Below are positions 52,035 through 64,000 of a stretch of 64,000 nt of DNA, piece after piece. The stretch's first letter is position 1, and every line of letters begins with the position of its first letter. A program made the position numbers and the translations under genes. A model generated the notes under the pieces. The model was not told the origin of the DNA. It worked only from the letters and a program-made list of their open reading frames with translations, and searched no databases. This DNA is from Camelus dromedarius (lineage: Eukaryota): the NCBI RefSeq assembly GCF_036321535.1, contig NC_087436.1, forward strand, positions 62,064,001 to 62,128,000, given 5' to 3'.

Positions 52035-52600
52035 CTTATCAGAGCAAATGTTATTGTCCAATACTATGTATGCCAGATGCAGCAATAAATAAAACAAAAA
52101 CTGTCCCTGCTCTTATTGTGTTTGTATTCCAAAGTGGTAAAACTATTAAAAAGGCAAGTCAACTGCAGATAGTGATAAGAGGAAAGTAAAATAGGTGATG
52201 AGAGTGACTGTGGTGGGGGAACGCTACTGAAGATCGGTTAAGTATTGCAGGACTCAGGGGAGAGTGGTATTTGAGAGGAGACCTGAATTATATTCTGTTA
52301 TTGTCTGAGGGCTGAGCACTCCAAAAAAAGGGAAAAGCAAATCAAATGGTCCTTAAAGCAGACACACTGCCAGCCTTCTCGAGGACCAGAAAGAAGATTA
52401 GTGCTGCTGTACAAAGAGTCAAGAATGTGGAGTCTTTGAGATGAGTTTGGACAAGCCATAGGGACTACCAGGTCCACATAATTCATGTAAGTAACTTGAG
52501 CTTTATTCTAATTCGGAGAGGACATTGGAAAGTTTTTAGGTGGACTGGCAGGAACTGGAGACAGCTTTTTGGTAAAGTCTTACTGCTGGAGGACCTGTAT
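52035..52600 (-). mobile_element. L2 fragment
   Basis: caaatgttattg..tgtccctgctctt..tatttgagaggagacctgaat..gctttattctaa..cattggaaagttttt. Confidence 0.7.
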
Positions 52601-52929
52601 CTGGAAGGGCTATGAGGAAAAGTGAGGTAGTTTTTAAGATAGAAAACTCTAGACCATTTTACCTGATGATAGGAAGAATCCAACAGAAAATTATGTTGCA
52701 GAAGAAAGGCAGCCAACTGTAATTCAGGCGAAGACAGGAGGCAATTTCATAGGACAATTTGTCTTACCACTTTAATCAAGGTTTTAATATATTTGCATAA
52801 GGTATGGAATTAGAGCACTTACTTAAGGCAGCATGTTTTTTGCATTTGCTTTGGTTCCGGTTTGGTTTGATAAATAAATATCTTATTTCAGTAAAGTTGT
52901 GTATTTTTAATAACTTACATTTAACCAAT

Positions 52930-53220
52930 TTTCCTCCAATGTCACTGAGTACATTCTACATATAATGAACTGACTTAAGTGATTGAGATATATATCAGTG
53001 AAGAAAATAGACAAAGATCCTTACTTTTGTGGAGCTGACACTCTGATCAGGAGAGACAAATAGTACAAATATGGATCAAAAGTATATGTTGGAATCTGAC
53101 AAGGTACTGTGGAAAAAGAAGAATTTTAAAGCAGGATAAAGGGGCTGAGGGGAACCTGAACAAGGGTTGGGAAGTTAGGATTTAAATTTTGGTAAGGGTA
53201 GGACTCACCCAAACTGTGAA
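52930..53220 (-). mobile_element. L2a 3' fragment
   Basis: atcagtgaagaaaatagacaaagatccttacttttgtggagctgacactct..ggagagacaaa. Confidence 0.7.
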
Positions 53221-53249
53221 ACAATAGTTAATAGATAAAAACTAGGAGA

Positions 53250-54432
53250 TCTCATTAAAACATAAGACAGATTACATCAAAAACTCTGTTGATCTCCCTT
53301 CTTATGCAGATTAAAAAGCTCGATCTTTACTGTGGCCTGAATTTCCTACACAATCTGACTGCCTGTTAATCAGTGGTCTCTTCTTTATTAGCTATGACAG
53401 CAATAGTGGTTCTAGCAGAGAAATCTCAAATTTCAGTGAATTAACACAATGTAATTTACTTCTTACTCATTCAAATTTGAAAATGGATAACTGATGAATG
53501 AGAATTTCTCTTTTGAGCAGTGATTCATGACCTAGCTCCTGTCAGCTTGTGATCTGGCATTTTCAAGCATGTTTCTCCTTAGTTTGTAAGTTCCTCTGTA
53601 TCAGGCCTGAAGGAATATGTGGGTGCTACTGAGTGGGAGTATTTTGGGGCTACATTGGGTCTATACGTATAACTTTCACTCACATTCTATTGGTTCAAAC
53701 TCAGTTACAAGGTGACTTCTACAAAGGAGGCAGGGAAACTACACTGTATGACCAGAAAAGAAGAGGTAAAGAGTTGGGCCATCAGGTTGCACTCTATAAG
53801 ATAATTATCTCCTTTCACTCCCCTCTTTCTCACTCTGCTGTAGCCATACTAGCCTCTGTTGTTTCTGGTATCCTCGGATATACTCCTGCCTCAAGATCTT
53901 TGCATAGGCAATTCTAAATGCCATATGATTTTTCCCTAGATTTAACGTGACTTCCTCCCTTGTTTATTTCTGCTTGCTTGCTCAATGCTGCCTTACTGTA
54001 ATGGCCTTTCCTAATACTGCATTTCCTCTTTTTTCTGCTTTTTTTCTGTTTTATTGTTCTCCATATATATATATTTATATATAACTGTCAAATATATATT
54101 TATATTAACTATCTAATTATAAATTATATGTATTTATTTTATTCATATATACATACAATTCTGTAACATACAATATTTTTTTCACAAAAATACCCTCTCT
54201 TTTAATAACTACCCTTTAAATCTTGCTCTAGGAAGTTTAATATTGGATTGAGGGGTTATAAGCTGCTTAACTTCTTTCTTTCTAACATATTTGTTTATTA
54301 TCTGTATCCTTCACTAAGCCAAAAACTATGTAAGTACAGATTTATTTTCTTTTATCATTGTATCTCCAGCACAAAGAAATGTCTGTACCACAGAATAGGT
54401 GCTCAATAAATATGTTTTGGATGAATGAATAA
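53250..54432 (+). mobile_element. L2a 3' portion interrupted by an MLT1 LTR and an AT-rich patch
   Basis: ctttactgtggcct..atctgactgcctg resumes at 53810 ctcactctgctgtagccatactagcctc..; tail tgtatctccagcac..taggtgctcaataaatatgttttggatgaatgaat. Confidence 0.8.
53385..53795 (-). mobile_element. Old MaLR LTR (MLT1J/K-like) nested in L2
   Basis: ctcaaatttcagtgaattaacacaa..atttacttcttactca..gcagtgattcatgacc..actttcactcacattctattgg..aactcagt..aaggaggcagggaaa. Confidence 0.7.
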
Positions 54433-54900
54433 AGGTAGGAGTATGTAAATAACTCTACAGTGGCATTTATATTATTTTAATTTTGCTTTCATATCAATCT
54501 CCCTTACCAGGCTTCTTAAAGACAAGAAACTGCACATTTTCTGATACATAGACGATTGATGATAAACATTGGATGAAGGAATAAATAAAGAGATGAGGAA
54601 AGTGATGCCGAGAGAGTTGAATAAATTTTCAATCATAGTAACAGGTAGAAATCAAGTCCTTACTTATTCTGATCTTACTTGAAAACTCACTGTTTTCTCC
54701 ACCAGATTGCTTCTGAGCACTTACAAATCCTTGTGTTCTCTGTGTTACTTCAGTGAACAAAGTTTTGTTCTTCATCATTGCAATAACCACAGTTTGACAT
54801 CCTTACTTTATTTAATATAAACCCAATCAAATGATATACAGTAAGTTATTAAATGTGGGTGTGGCATACTCAGCTAGGTTTTACTATATTAAATGAAGAT

Positions 54901-55052
54901 GTTTTTCATTTAATTTTGTTTTTGCTTGTTTGTATTTGGGGGGGGGCAAGTAATTAGGTTTATTTATTTATTTTTAATGGAGGTACTGATGACTGAACCC
55001 AGGACCTCATGCATGCTAGGCATGCACTCTACCACTGAGCTATAACCTCCCC
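54901..55052 (-). mobile_element. tRNA-Ala-derived SINE, Vic-1-like (camelid)
   Basis: Minus strand ggggaggttatagctcagtggtagagtgcatgcctagcatgcatgaggtcctgggttcagtcatcagtacctcca + (taaa)n cctaattac; A-box TAGCTCAGTGG. Confidence 0.9.
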
Positions 55053-57125
55053 TAAATGTGAATTTTAATGAAACTAGAATATCATTATTTTAGAAAAGAA
55101 AATATAGTCATGCACACCAATGAGTCATTATTTCTAGAGAACATATTGAAATGTACTTATATTTTATGACATTCAAAGATATGCTGGCATTTTTAATCTA
55201 GCCTCGTTATCTCCTTTTGTGATGAGGTATTCCATCCTCACCTATTGTACTAGAGTATTTCAAATTATTGGTGATATAACTCTGCACACTTGTAATTAGG
55301 ATAGGTATGTTTGATTATCACTGTCTTAGATGGAATTTTCTGGAGAACTGGAATATCATCTGTGGCTTGATTTTTTATCCCTAGTTTATGTCATTTTGCC
55401 CTTCACTTCACTTTCAATATCATCTTATTTCTCTAAGTTATAAGATGCTGTGACCTTTTATTAAAATAGAAAAAAAATTTTAAATCTTTTGAAATGAAAT
55501 AGAGAACCACACTTTGTTAAATTCAAACCAAGAGAGCATCTGTGACTCATTCAGGACATAACAACTCTAAATTGCCCTAAGAATAGGAGCCATACACAGT
55601 ATAATACATGATACTAATAGAGAGGGTATGATTGTGGCTGGCTTGTGGAATTAATTCAGAGAACATTCAGTGCAGGTGCTTGAAAACAATACTTAGTTTT
55701 AAAAATATTATTCCTTAAAGGTCCAGAGTCTTAATTTTTTAAGAGAAATTAAAACTTCATCTGAAAAATAACCAATGCAATAGACAACTCAAGTAGTACT
55801 AATTGTAATATGTTTGAATGAGAAATTTCACAAAAATAAATGTCACTTTCTTTACCCCTAACCTGTACATCCTGCTTTGGTAAATTAAATATTTTGATTG
55901 AGGGGCTATACATATTTTAACTCTTTTAAATCCCTGGCTTAAGGTAGAACTGTACAGTAATATATTTTAAATTTGATTTTGCTCTGAGCTGGTGGGCTAG
56001 AGTTTATTTATTGATATTTGTAGTTATTATTTTTTTCATGTATAATTAAGTTTCCTGTAAAAAAACCAAAAAACCAAAAAACAGCCACACAAAAGCTAAC
56101 TAAAACAGAAAAAAATATTCTTGGAGTTTTGTGTATATAAAAAGTTTTGAGATTTTTTTATAACATGTTCTCAATATTGGACAAAAGAACAAATGTCACT
56201 AGCATCAAGAAGGTATCCAAGTCACACTCCCAGGATAAAAAGCAGTTTACTAATTCAATAAGTACATGTTGTAATATGAGCGTTTTCCATTATATGTCTT
56301 ACAACAAGATACTAAGGATAATTATACTTAATAGTACTATTTACTTGCGTTTGATTGAAGTACATATATCTATGTCAATGGCAGTACAATACTATTATAA
56401 GAATTTTATACAGTTTCATTTAAGTAAAGGCCATGTAGGCACTTAATCTTTAGGATAGTTTCAAAACTTAAATTTCATAATCCATAGCTGTTGCAATAGT
56501 TGCAATAGCCCTCTATTTTTATAGGAATTTTGGATATTTTCTGAAGAATTCTAGGCAACATTTCACTCCAGTTTGCTCATTTGCTTTATTGAGAGTATAA
56601 ACTAGCTATCAGCTAGATGGGTCTCTTTTTTTTTTTTTTGTAGCAATTTGACCCTCGGACCTCAAATAGGCAAGAAAGTTGAATAAAACATTCATTTTCC
56701 TAAGCTATCAAAGTTCAAGAATCTTAAGATAGTCATCTGTTATTTATTTCCAATATAAGAAAGAACTTTTTCATAACACCTATTAAAATGGAAATTCTGA
56801 GAACTGGAATTGAAAAATCTTATGACACTTTGGGTAAATCTCAACTAATTTATTTCTCAAAAAAGCACACTATCGTCCTCTTGCCAAAGTTCTGGAATAG
56901 TTTTGAGTGTTAAAATAAGACATTACATGGAAAAAATTTTATATTCCTAAAACTGCAAACATAAACCTTTACTGGTTTAGTTAGAATATTTAAACTTGTA
57001 TTTTCTTTTTATATAAACTACTTGATTTCTAGTTATCTTCTGAATTCATCAATATTTATTGAACTTATTTTTTTTGTTAAATGACTATAAAAAGAAATAT
57101 AACCATGATAACAATAATGATAAAG

Positions 57126-57172
57126 ATAATAATAATAATAATAATAATGATGATGATGATGATGATGATGAT
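57126..57172. repeat. Compound (AAT)n(GAT)n microsatellite
   Basis: Direct reading; explains the poly-I/poly-M ORF at 57081. Confidence 0.95.
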
Positions 57173-57550
57173 AGATGGCATCCATACAGTCTGCATTGCT
57201 ATTTCAAAAAAAAATCTCCAAAATTTTAGCCATAAGCTTCTAGAAAACCATATTCTCAGTATGTAGTTTATTAATCATTTTTATCTTGGAATAAGACGTT
57301 TATTTTCTCTTTTGCATACACATAGGACAATGTTTGGATTATATTAAAGAAAGCCATATTTAACCAATGTCTTCTATCTGAGCTGGATAGATAAAGCTAC
57401 ACTGGGGCAATCACAATTGGATAATATGTATGTTTTTCAAAGTCTTTAACAGGCTTATCCAAAGTTTATAATAATCTAGAAGAACATACTTTTTTTTTGA
57501 CTTTGCTATTTACTTTTTGTTTAGTATTCAGACACTATAAATTTACAGGT

Positions 57551-57927
57551 TGTTATGGACTAAACTGCATCCCCTCAAAATTCATATATTAAAGCCCTAA
57601 CCTCCAATGTGGTGGTATTTGGCGATGAGGGCCACTGGGAGGTAATTAGGGTTAGATAAGGTCATGAGGGTATGGCTTCATGATTCTATTAGTGACTTTA
57701 TAAGAAGAGTAAGAAAAAGAGAGATCACTCTTTCTTCTCCTTGTGAGGACATAGCCAGAAGGTGGCAGTCTGCAAGCCAGGAAGAAGGCCCTCAGCAGCA
57801 ACAGAACTGGCTGGCATCTGAACAGGGACTTCCTGGCTTTCAGAACTGCGGGAAATAAATGTTCGTTATTTAAGCCACTCAGTCTGTGGTATTTTGTTAT
57901 AGCAGCACAAGCAAGCAGACTAATATA
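57551..57927 (+). mobile_element. MaLR solo LTR, MLT1A/MLT1A0-like, complete
   Basis: tgttatggactaaactg..cccctcaaaattcatat..gccctaacctccaatgtg..tgtgaggacatagccagaagg..ctgcaagccagga..aaataaatg..tttaagccactcagtctgtggtattttgttatagcagc. Confidence 0.9.
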
Positions 57928-58110
57928 TGTAATCATATAGAATTCTAACATGTAGAATTGCTGACAGTAAATTTTGCAGCAGAATTTGTGTCAGCTGTAA
58001 CCAAACCACTTGAAATTAGGACACTTTGTGAGTGGAGTGGTGAAGCAGGAATAAGGATAAGTGGCCTTCCAACCATATCATTGAAACAGTTGTCAAAAGT
58101 CACGCTGTCT

Positions 58111-58384
58111 GAAAAAAAGGACATGGATGAATTTATCTACAAAACAGAAAGACTCACAAAACTAGAGAACAAACTTACGGTTACCAGCAGGTTATGGGGG
58201 TGAGAAGGGATAAGTCAGCAGTACGAAATTTGCACCTCTTGGGGAGTGATGGAAATGTTCACTGTCTTGAGTGTGGTGGTGGCGGTTTCATGGGTGTATA
58301 CATCCATCAAAATTCATCAAATTGTTCATCTGAAATATGTGTAGCTTACTGTACAGGAACCATACCATAATAAAGGTGTTTTAA
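58111..58384 (+). mobile_element. 5'-truncated chimeric L1 insertion with 16-bp TSD
   Basis: TSD aaaagtcacgctgtct (58095-58110) / aaaagtcaggctttct (58385-58400); 5' part homologous to 61478-61596, 3' part an L1MD/L1ME-like tail with AATAAA at 58369. Confidence 0.85.
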
Positions 58385-58884
58385 AAAAGTCAGGCTTTCT
58401 AACCTAGAAAAGAAAATAGTCAAGGTGTACGCATTAACCATCTAATTTTTAGGTAAAAGGAATACTCAACTGTTTATATCTTCATGAAAAGAACTAAGAC
58501 TAGAAAACAAAAGTTTTGGCTTATTAAAAAGAGCCATTTTGTGACAGAGAGCAATGTATAGGGATGGAATGATCTGTCCTGGCATTCATTCACCAAAGCC
58601 ATATGATCCCTAAGATTTTAGTTATTTGCTGGAGATGTCATGTAAGCATATCAAACATGGGAAGGAATAAACTGTCTACACAATTCTCTCTTAGCATAAA
58701 ATATAAAGTAATAAACAAGCAACAAATTAAAATGGATTTCTTTACATAATCAGTTCTTTTTTCTTTGAATTTTACACTTTTTAATCCACAAACAGTTCAG
58801 TTGTTCATGTTCATTATTGAATATGATTTATTTTAATCTCAAATTTTTCTCCCACTGTGGAGAGAAAGTCTTTACATTCAAAGA

Positions 58885-59010
58885 CATTTGGGTCTTATTT
58901 GACATTGGGAAAGTCTCTCAGGTTTTATAGCTTAGTTTCCTTATGTGTACAATGAATATTATTACATCTACCTTAGGTAATTGTTCTGAGAATAATCTAA
59001 TACAGCCATG
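58885..59010 (+). mobile_element. MIR fragment (interrupted by MLT2)
   Basis: tgacattgggaaagt..gcttagtttccttatgtgtacaatg..atctacct..ttgttctgagaat; resumes as catgtaaagt after the LTR. Confidence 0.7.
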
Positions 59011-59450
59011 GTTGATGATTAATTTTATGGTGAATGTGCCTGGGCCAGGGCACTCAAATATATGGTCAACTATTACTCTGAATGCTTCTGTTAGGGTGTT
59101 TTTGAATAATGTTTACATTTAAATCAGTGGATTTTGAGTAAAGCATATTACCTTCTATAATGTGAATGGATCTCATCCAATCAGTTGAAAGACAACATAA
59201 GAAAAGGCTAATTTCCTTCTGAGCTAGAGAGAATTCTGCCAGCAAACTCCCTTTGAACTTCATTTGCAACATCAACTCCTCCTGGTTCACCAGCAGACTG
59301 CCTGTCTTCAGCCTGTTAAACACACTGCCTGCCATCATATTTTGGACTCATTTTGCCTTCACAATCACGTGAAACAATTGTGTAAAATAAATCTGTTTCT
59401 TTCTATATATGCATCCAATTGGTTCTGTTTGGAGAACGCTTACTAACACA
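59011..59450 (+). mobile_element. ERVL solo LTR, MLT2C/D-like
   Basis: Perfect 5-bp TSD ccatg (59006-59010 / 59451-59455); tgatgattaattttatg..acatttaaatcagtggattttgagtaaagca..ctcatccaatcagttgaa..ttggttctgtttggagaac..actaacaca. Confidence 0.9.
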
Positions 59451-60959
59451 CCATGTAAAGTATCAATTTTGAATTCTGTTAATTACAGTTCCTTCTCAAT
59501 ACTGAAAGAACAGTTGAAAAGAAAATTTTAAAAACTATATCAATCTAATTCAATGGAATCATATAGGCACTACCTAATAGATATAAATCACATTGTTGTA
59601 GAATTATTCTCTATTATAGAAATCTAAAATGTCTCAAATTTTAATGATTTATATTTAAATATCAAGAATAGGTAAGAGAGAAAATATACTGTTTACTTAC
59701 ACTGTGCTAGGCAATCTACAACCACATCAGTTCTCAGTATTGTCCCAAAAAATCTCATTTCCCTTTGTAGGTAACCACTTTAAAGGCAATTGTTTAATTT
59801 AGTGGTTTTCAAACATTTCATTATGTTGTCACTAAAATAATTTATAAATGTATATACCTCCTTTACATTTATAAATAGATATCTAACATATTTATTATGT
59901 TTTCAATAATGTCAAAGGATGTAATTTCCATCTTATTCTAAATATTGACATTTTAAAGAAAATCATATGTATCATCTTTTTATATATTTTATGTATTTAG
60001 TTTTAATTTGAGATTATATTCTCTTTGATCTATTTTTCCATACTATTTCACCCAAAGAATTTTACCATAATGTAATATATTACATGTTTCTGTGTTACAC
60101 ATTTTCTCCAATACATCTTTTCCTATTATAGTCCTCTCCATGTTAAAATTTACTATTTGAGACAGAGTTAATATTATAACTATTATCAGTATATAGTTGA
60201 TATTACTACCATATTTACTATATATTAATTTAGTAATTATTATGTTATAAAAGTTAATTTAAATTAATAGTTAATTTAAAGAGCAATTATAATGAATGAA
60301 ATTATTACTTTGGAATGTATTTTAAAGGATTGATTTTTACTTCACTTAGTTCATATATCATACTAGAATGGTAAAGATTTCACTGTTAATTATTTTACTA
60401 TATTTTGTTTTAAATGTATAGATTTGAGTCCTGAGAAGTTTTATGTACATGAAAAAAGTAGTTGGAATTTGAAGGAATTTTCTTACGTATTTTGGTCACC
60501 GTATGAATTATATGTGAAAAATTACACAGTGTTCTATCACTAAAAATTATTTTTAATGGTTTATTAGCTGAAAATGTGGTGTTCTCCTTCAATTTTCTTG
60601 AAAGCAAAGAGTTGGAAACTTGCTGCTTTACAAAATGGTTTGTTACTTATTCATTAAAGTCATTCACTTTCTAACTACTGATACCAATATTTCAACTGTT
60701 ATTTTTTTTTGCATACTGGGGGTTTTATACCCTTGGGCAAAGCACTCTGTTAATATTAAGGAATGTGTAAGAAATATATCTTCCTTTTAGGATGTGGGAC
60801 ATGGAAATTTGTGGGGGAGAAATAGGAAAAGACAAAAATCACAGATGTTTTCTCAGGAGAATTAGTTTTAGATGAGAGAAGAGGCAAAAGTGGATATCCC
60901 AAAATCAATGCCTTTAAGCTGTGTGTGCCTGAGTATCTCTTGGAAAATTATCACACATA

Positions 60960-61102
60960 CCCAATGGAACACTTATACTGTGTTGAAGATGGCAGGAGCT
61001 TGTTCACTGAAGTATCCAAAGCATCTAAGATACTGCTTGTCACTGCTCAACTTGAGGAACACTGTACATGTGAATAATGAATTAATGAAATAAATGAATA
61101 AA
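60960..61102 (+). mobile_element. L2 3' tail fragment
   Basis: ggcaggagcttgttcactgaagtatccaaagcatctaaga..tgaattaatgaaataaatgaataaa. Confidence 0.55.
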
Positions 61103-61358
61103 AAAACTCTATGTATGAGCTTTGGTAGTATGATTGCCCCCATAATATCAAAGAGGAAAGTTAAATCAATGTTGAGAATTCATCATATTTATTTTTAGGT
61201 TGATTGCCGAGGTGTTTTTCCACTGTTGTAGAAAACATATTTGATTGTATATAAGTAGTGGTTCCCCTGGGATCTCATGAAAGCGACTTACGTATCCTGG
61301 AGGCTATTTACATGGATTCAACTTCCAATTGATCATGGCAATTAAGATTGCTAGAGGA

Positions 61359-61803
61359 GACTGTCTTTACTCCATTGTATGTTCCTGTTTCCTTTGTCAA
61401 AGATTAATCTTCTAAGTTAAGTAAGCCAGAAAGAGAAAGAAAAATAACATATGATATCACTTATATCTGGAATTTTTAAAAAAGTCTAATGAACTTATTT
61501 ACAAAACAGAAACAAACTCACAGACATAGAAAACAAACTATGGTTACAAGCGGGGGAAGGGGTGGGAAGGGATAAATTGGGAGTTTGAGATTTGCAGATA
61601 CTAACAGTTGTATATAAAATAGATGAACAACAGGTTCATGCTCTATAGTACAGAAAACTATATTTGATATCTTGTACTAACTTATGGTGAAGATGAAAAT
61701 GAATATATGTATGTATGTTCATGTATGACTGAAGCATTGTGCTGTACATCAGAAATTGACAAAACATTGTAAACTGATTATGCTTCAATAAAAATATCTT
61801 AGA
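61359..61803 (+). mobile_element. Artiodactyl-type L1 3' end with 5' inversion and 15-bp TSD
   Basis: TSD aagattgctagagga (61344-61358) / aaggttgctagagga (61804-61818); about 61359-61408 is antisense L1 ORF2 (gactgtctttactccattgtatgttc..cctttgtcaaagattaat), then sense ctaagttaagtaagccagaaagagaaag..AATAAA at 61787. Confidence 0.9.
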
Positions 61804-62389
61804 AAGGTTGCTAGAGGAAATTTTAAACTGTAAAACAGTGGTTATTCCTATATCTCCCAGCCTGTTTTGTATAAAGTTATGGTATATACAGGATAAGTAT
61901 ATACATAGAAATGTATACATTTTATATATATATATTTTAGAGGCATATACACTAATATTATAAAAATGTTATTTTCTTTTTATAAAACATGAATATTCAT
62001 ATTATAGTTAACACAAACATGATTACCAATGCTTTTGTAACTCCAAATAATTTATATACAATGTAAATATTACATTGAGAATATGAACTATTCTCTCTAG
62101 AATAGTTGTTGTTTTGAAGATAAAATTCTGAAAGATATCAAACAATCTTCTTAATATGAGCTTGCTTTATAGTCACAGAAAGTGTGTAGTTTCTTCATGT
62201 TTCCTTCAAAAATATATTGGAAGGAATATAAACTAAACCAGGATACAACAGGCCACTTTTACTCTTTATCTAGAGTGACTTTTTTGCCCACTTACATATT
62301 GAACATAGATACAGGAATAAGTGAAGATATAGATATATTTTTCTCAGGTAAATAGATACATAGTTAGACGTATCATCAATTTTTTCATC

Positions 62390-63598
62390 TTTTAATAAAA
62401 CGATTTTATACTCTGGTAACTCCAGTGTGTGTGTCATATCTGAGTCTGGTTCAGTGAATTCTTTGTCTCTTTGGTTTTTTTTTTTTTTTTTTTTGAATTG
62501 CCTTTCAGCGTGCCTTGGATATTTCTTTCATTAGAAACTAGATGCATTGTGGATTATGAGGCTAGTAGAACTTTAGTGTGAGGAATTATGCTTATCTGGC
62601 TGAGACATAGTTGATGTCTGTGGTAGTTAGGTGGATGAATGGCTTAAAATTTCTCTCCCAAACTTACTTATCTTTCCCTTCTTGGCCTTGAGGCTTCTCT
62701 ATGTACTGCTCTTCCAAGTTTCTAAAAAGCTCTTCTCTGTAATCCTCTGTTATTGTGACTGGACTTTATTAATATGGTGGTAAGATATGAAGGGGGGGTG
62801 TTCTCTAGTCATGAGTTATAACTCAATCTTTAGTCTTGGGAGAGTGGCCTTCACAAGTTTTCTGTCCCTCCTTCAAGGTTCAGCCTTTTTCTCCCTACGC
62901 CTTAACTTATTCCCAGGCTGCAGTGGGTATGCTCCCGTTTCTCCAGTCTGTGTCCCTGAAGCCCTCTCTTCATATTAGGGCTTTTTCCCTCTAGATGAGA
63001 CAGTGCTGAAAATCGGCAGAGCAGAGTTCTTTTTCTACATTTGAGATAGAACGACACTGGTGATCTCTGGTGATGTGTAAACTTCGGGGATTAAGTGATT
63101 GGCCTGTAAGGGAGAGAGTGGTTGGTCTGGTGGATTTCAGGGTGACACGCATCCCTCTCTCTCGCCGGAGCTCTTGGTGGGAGGCACGGGAGGCTTTCTC
63201 CACATTCTTCCCAGTCTTCCCTGTGCGAGCCTCGCGAAGTTCCTAGGGGAAAATCCGCAGAACTGTGCCCCCTGCCCTGTGAATACAGCCCCCAGAGGGT
63301 TTTACTCTCACCTTAGCTCATACTTGTCCTCCAGCAACTAATCAAAATTTGTAGTTTAATGTTTCTACTGGCTTGTATGAATGACTTTTAGCTACCCTCT
63401 CAAGATAAGCAATTACTCACACCTTGTGTTTCCCTGGAGGTATCTGTCTCTCCAGATTTCAGGATGGTAGCTTCCTCTGCAACCTCTTTTCTCTAATGGG
63501 TCCAAGAAAAGTTGTTGTTTTTCAGTTTGCCCAGCTTGTCGTAAGAATGAGGATGATGAGGTCCAAGCTTTTTACTTTTCCTAATTGAAACCAGAGTG
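62390..63598 (-). mobile_element. Ancient L1 5' UTR / ORF1 start (L1MC-like 5' end)
   Basis: tctggtaactccagtgtgtgtgtcatatctgagtctggttc..tgtctctccagatttcagga..tctctaatgggtccaagaaaagttgttgtttttcagtttgcccagct..gtaagaatgagga. Confidence 0.75.
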
Positions 63599-64000
63599 TT
63601 TACAAGATATTTTAGGTGAATAGTAACAACAACAACAAAAATGAGTCGATGAAATGATTATTATCATAAAAGAAGCAGTGATTACACCATACAATTGTAA
63701 TAGTTTTTCACTCTAGTTAGAACAAAGAGTGGTATTATTTTCTTCTTTCTACTTTCTACTTTTCTGTTCTTTCTCAGTTTTCTACAACAAATATATCTGT
63801 AATTAATTCTATACAGAGCATGTGGTATATGCTTACTCTATTTCAAAATCATATTAAAACAAATAGTATAAAAACAAATATCTGAGATTTAAAAAAAAGA
63901 GAAAAAGAAAAAGAAACAATAAGCATTCAAAGAGTGTGTTAACTTAACCAAAGGAACTGATGTTCACATTTGTTTCTAAACTTCTAGGCAGCAAGAGAAA

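Noticed and set aside
54975..55052. tRNA-Ala-like sequence as a tRNA gene (also 35495-35570)
   Set aside because: Has SINE tail and A-rich end, mutated stems or boxes; SINE rather than tRNA
57081..57266. ORF with poly-Ile/poly-Met
   Set aside because: Translation of an (AAT)n(GAT)n microsatellite
1..64000. CRISPR arrays, operons, phage or defence systems
   Set aside because: Sequence is mammalian; no regularly spaced repeats or gene-dense ORFs seen

Overview
AT-rich, CpG-depleted eutherian genomic DNA, probably intronic or intergenic, with no recognisable protein-coding gene, RNA gene or prokaryotic system. Three tRNA-Ala-derived SINEs of the Vic-1 type (35443, 46668, 54901) point to a camelid host (Camelus/Lama/Vicugna); artiodactyl-type L1 3' ends and a Tigger1 deletion derivative agree. 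Much of the window is interspersed repeat: L2, MIR, old and young L1 pieces, HAL1, MaLR/ERVL/ERV1 solo LTRs (several with target-site duplications, TSDs) and DNA transposons (MER53, MER58B, MER5, MER46C-like, MER2-like, Tigger1, a decayed hAT transposase). The listed ORFs look spurious or repeat-derived. I cannot support a new multi-gene system. The best oddities are structural: a chimeric L1 with a swapped 3' tail inside one TSD (58095-58400), an 82-bp near-perfect palindrome inside an L1 (29535-29616), a SINE whose B-box is replaced by a copy of its own flank (46653-46764), a twin-primed 5'-inverted L1, an expanded MER53 with a miR-1302-like arm, a MER41-like LTR with a GAS motif, CpG-retaining ancient L1 5' ends and a few candidate small exons. 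Repeat family names come from recalled consensus similarity, not a database search; boundaries are approximate unless a TSD is quoted.
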